DNA of 38,964 nucleotides from a virus: UHGV virus genome UHGV-0287902; one strand, 5' to 3'. Shown piece by piece: positions 37,720 to 38,964 of this stretch (position 1 is its first letter; each line of letters starts with the position of its first letter). The notes under the pieces were generated by a model. It saw only the letters and a program-made list of their open reading frames with translations, ran no database searches and was not told where the DNA came from. The position numbers and the translations under genes were made by a program.

Positions 37720-37944
37720 GCGCGATCCTACCTTCACTGGATAAAAAGTCAATAAAATGATCATTTTATGATCGTTTTCACACCCTAAGTCTTCGTTTTC
37801 TTTTAGTAAATAATCACCTCCCTGAATCATTGTTGATGACTTTTCAATCTATTTGTTGTATCAATTAAACACATCGAATCGATCGTTTTTGTCGATCGAT
37901 TAGGCGAGAAAGATATCATCAACAAAGCAGGAGGTTATGCGGCC
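37720..37944 (+). promoter_or_regulatory. com-mom control region with clustered GATC sites and palindromes
   Basis: GATC at 37724, 37759, 37770, 37881, 37894; palindromes AAAATGATCATTTT and AATCGATCG-tttttgt-CGATCGATT. Confidence 0.55.
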
Positions 37945-38145
37945 ATGTATCGAAACATACGGTGCCGACACTGCAACAAGTTACTGGCACGGGCCAGTTT
38001 CAGTTATCTGGAAGTAAAATGTCCGCGCTGTAAAACCCTCAATCAAATCACATCTCCGAGCGCCACAGAGCACCCCACATACACAAGGAAATCCTGTCGT
38101 GGGGAACAGAAAACAAGTTACATCCCGTATCATCAGCACGCCTGA
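37945..38145 (+). CDS. com: Com zinc-finger translational activator of mom
   Basis: 66 aa; CRHC...CPRC; RBS AGGAGG; overlaps mom start. Confidence 0.8.
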   Translation: MYRNIRCRHCNKLLARASFSYLEVKCPRCKTLNQITSPSATEHPTYTRKSCRGEQKTSYIPYHQHA

Positions 38146-38836
38146 ACTTATTCTCTATAACGACAATATCGTCGGTTATGGCTCCCGTGAGTTACGGGTT
38201 GAGACAATAAGTTGCTGGCTGGCCCGACTGGTCATCGTCAATAAACATTACAGCCACCGTTTCGTAAATAACTCCTACCTTCATCTGGGTATATTTTCAG
38301 AACGAGAGCTGGTTGGCGTAATGCAATGGGGTTATGCCCTTAATCCAAACAGTGGAGCGCGCGTCGTAACCGGTACGCAGAACCGCGAATATATGGAGCT
38401 TAACCGGTTATGGCTGCATGACTGTATGCCGAGAAACTCCGAATCAAGGGCCATCAGTTACGCACTCAAACTTATCAGACAGCTTTATCCGCAGGTACAG
38501 TGGGTTCAGTCGTTTGCAGATGAGCGTTGTGGCTGTCTTGGTGTCGTGTATCAGGCAAGCAATTTTGATTATGTAGGCAGCCATGAATCAACATTCTATG
38601 AACTTGATGGCGAGTGGTATCACGAGATTTGCAGGAATGCCATTAAACGAGGCGGACAACGAGGTGAACATCTGAGGGCTAATATCGACAGAGCCAGTGT
38701 TCATAAGTTCCGACAGTTTCGTTACATCCGGTTTCTGAACAAGAGGGCCAGAAAACGCCTCAACATAAAGCTATTCAAAGTCCAGCCTTACCCAAAACCC
38801 CAAACAGTTAAAACTGGTTTGAAAGAGAGTGAATGA
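38099..38836 (+). CDS. mom: Mom-like DNA modification protein
   Basis: 245 aa from GTG 38099 inside com; last gene before right end; true start may be downstream. Confidence 0.8.
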   Translation: MGNRKQVTSRIISTPELILYNDNIVGYGSRELRVETISCWLARLVIVNKHYSHRFVNNSYLHLGIFSERELVGVMQWGYALNPNSGARVVTGTQNREYMELNRLWLHDCMPRNSESRAISYALKLIRQLYPQVQWVQSFADERCGCLGVVYQASNFDYVGSHESTFYELDGEWYHEICRNAIKRGGQRGEHLRANIDRASVHKFRQFRYIRFLNKRARKRLNIKLFKVQPYPKPQTVKTGLKESE

Positions 38837-38881
38837 GTGCTTAAAAACTCATTCTAAAACCCAAAAGAAAAGCGCCGATTT

Positions 38882-38950
38882 AGTATCAAATAAGTTGCGT
38901 ATCGGCGTTTTTCAGCGGTATCAAATGAAATGCAAATCGGTATCAAAAAA
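38882..38950 (-). repeat. right-end putative transposase binding sites (three inverted TTTGATAC repeats)
   Basis: AGTATCAAATA 38882-38892, GGTATCAAATGA 38917-38928, GGTATCAAAAAA 38939-38950. Confidence 0.6.
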
Positions 38951-38964
38951 ATCGCCGCGCTATA

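Larger units (their letters stand above)
152..38964. mobile_element. Mu-like transposable prophage, near-complete; left end about 152, right end at or beyond window edge
   Basis: Mu-type gene order c-ner-A-B-gam-gemA-mor/C-lys-terminase-portal-F-G-I-T-sheath-tube-TMP-baseplate-fibre-gin-com-mom; terminal repeats in inverted orientation at both ends. Confidence 0.85.

Noticed and set aside
37531-37830. 99-aa minus-strand ORF
   Set aside because: No Shine-Dalgarno; contains the strong + strand terminator hairpin (37646-37684) and part of the GATC-rich com control region; composition looks non-coding.
1-38964. CRISPR array, rRNA genes, integrase-type att sites
   Set aside because: No regularly spaced direct repeats, no rRNA-like sequence, and no tyrosine integrase; the element has transposase A/B and Mu-type end repeats instead.
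147-38964. 5-bp target-site duplication flanking the prophage
   Set aside because: No identical 5-mer found between bases left of about 152 and the last 20 bases of the window; right terminus probably lies outside the window.

Overview
This 38.96 kb window is almost entirely one Mu-like transposable prophage on the + strand, probably from an enterobacterial host (Mu-like gix sites, GATC-rich com-mom control region). From left to right: a possible host ORF tail (1-154); left end with three TTTGATAC(C) putative transposase-binding repeats; repressor c (minus strand), ner, DDE transposase A and AAA+ transposase B; a tightly packed early region (Gam plus about 12 ORFs of unknown function, one counter-oriented); gemA and a single Mor/C-family activator, each preceded by a hairpin terminator; a lysis cassette (SAR-type GH24 endolysin, overlapped spanins, TraR-like zinc finger, membrane protein); packaging and head genes (gp27-like, TerL, portal, F, G, I, T); contractile tail genes (sheath, tube, chaperone, tape measure, N, P, baseplate); a Gin-invertible tail-fibre segment; an accessory island absent from canonical Mu as I recall it (684-aa SASA/NanS-like O-acetylesterase plus small ORFs); and com-mom with three inverted end repeats. 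The right terminus is at or just beyond the window edge. I found no rRNA, CRISPR array or canonical tRNA. The best candidates for undescribed biology are the early accessory cluster (6.5-9.1 kb) and the gin-to-com island (34.4-37.9 kb); neither matches a system I can name, so their functions are inference only. All homology statements come from recalled family motifs, not from database searches.
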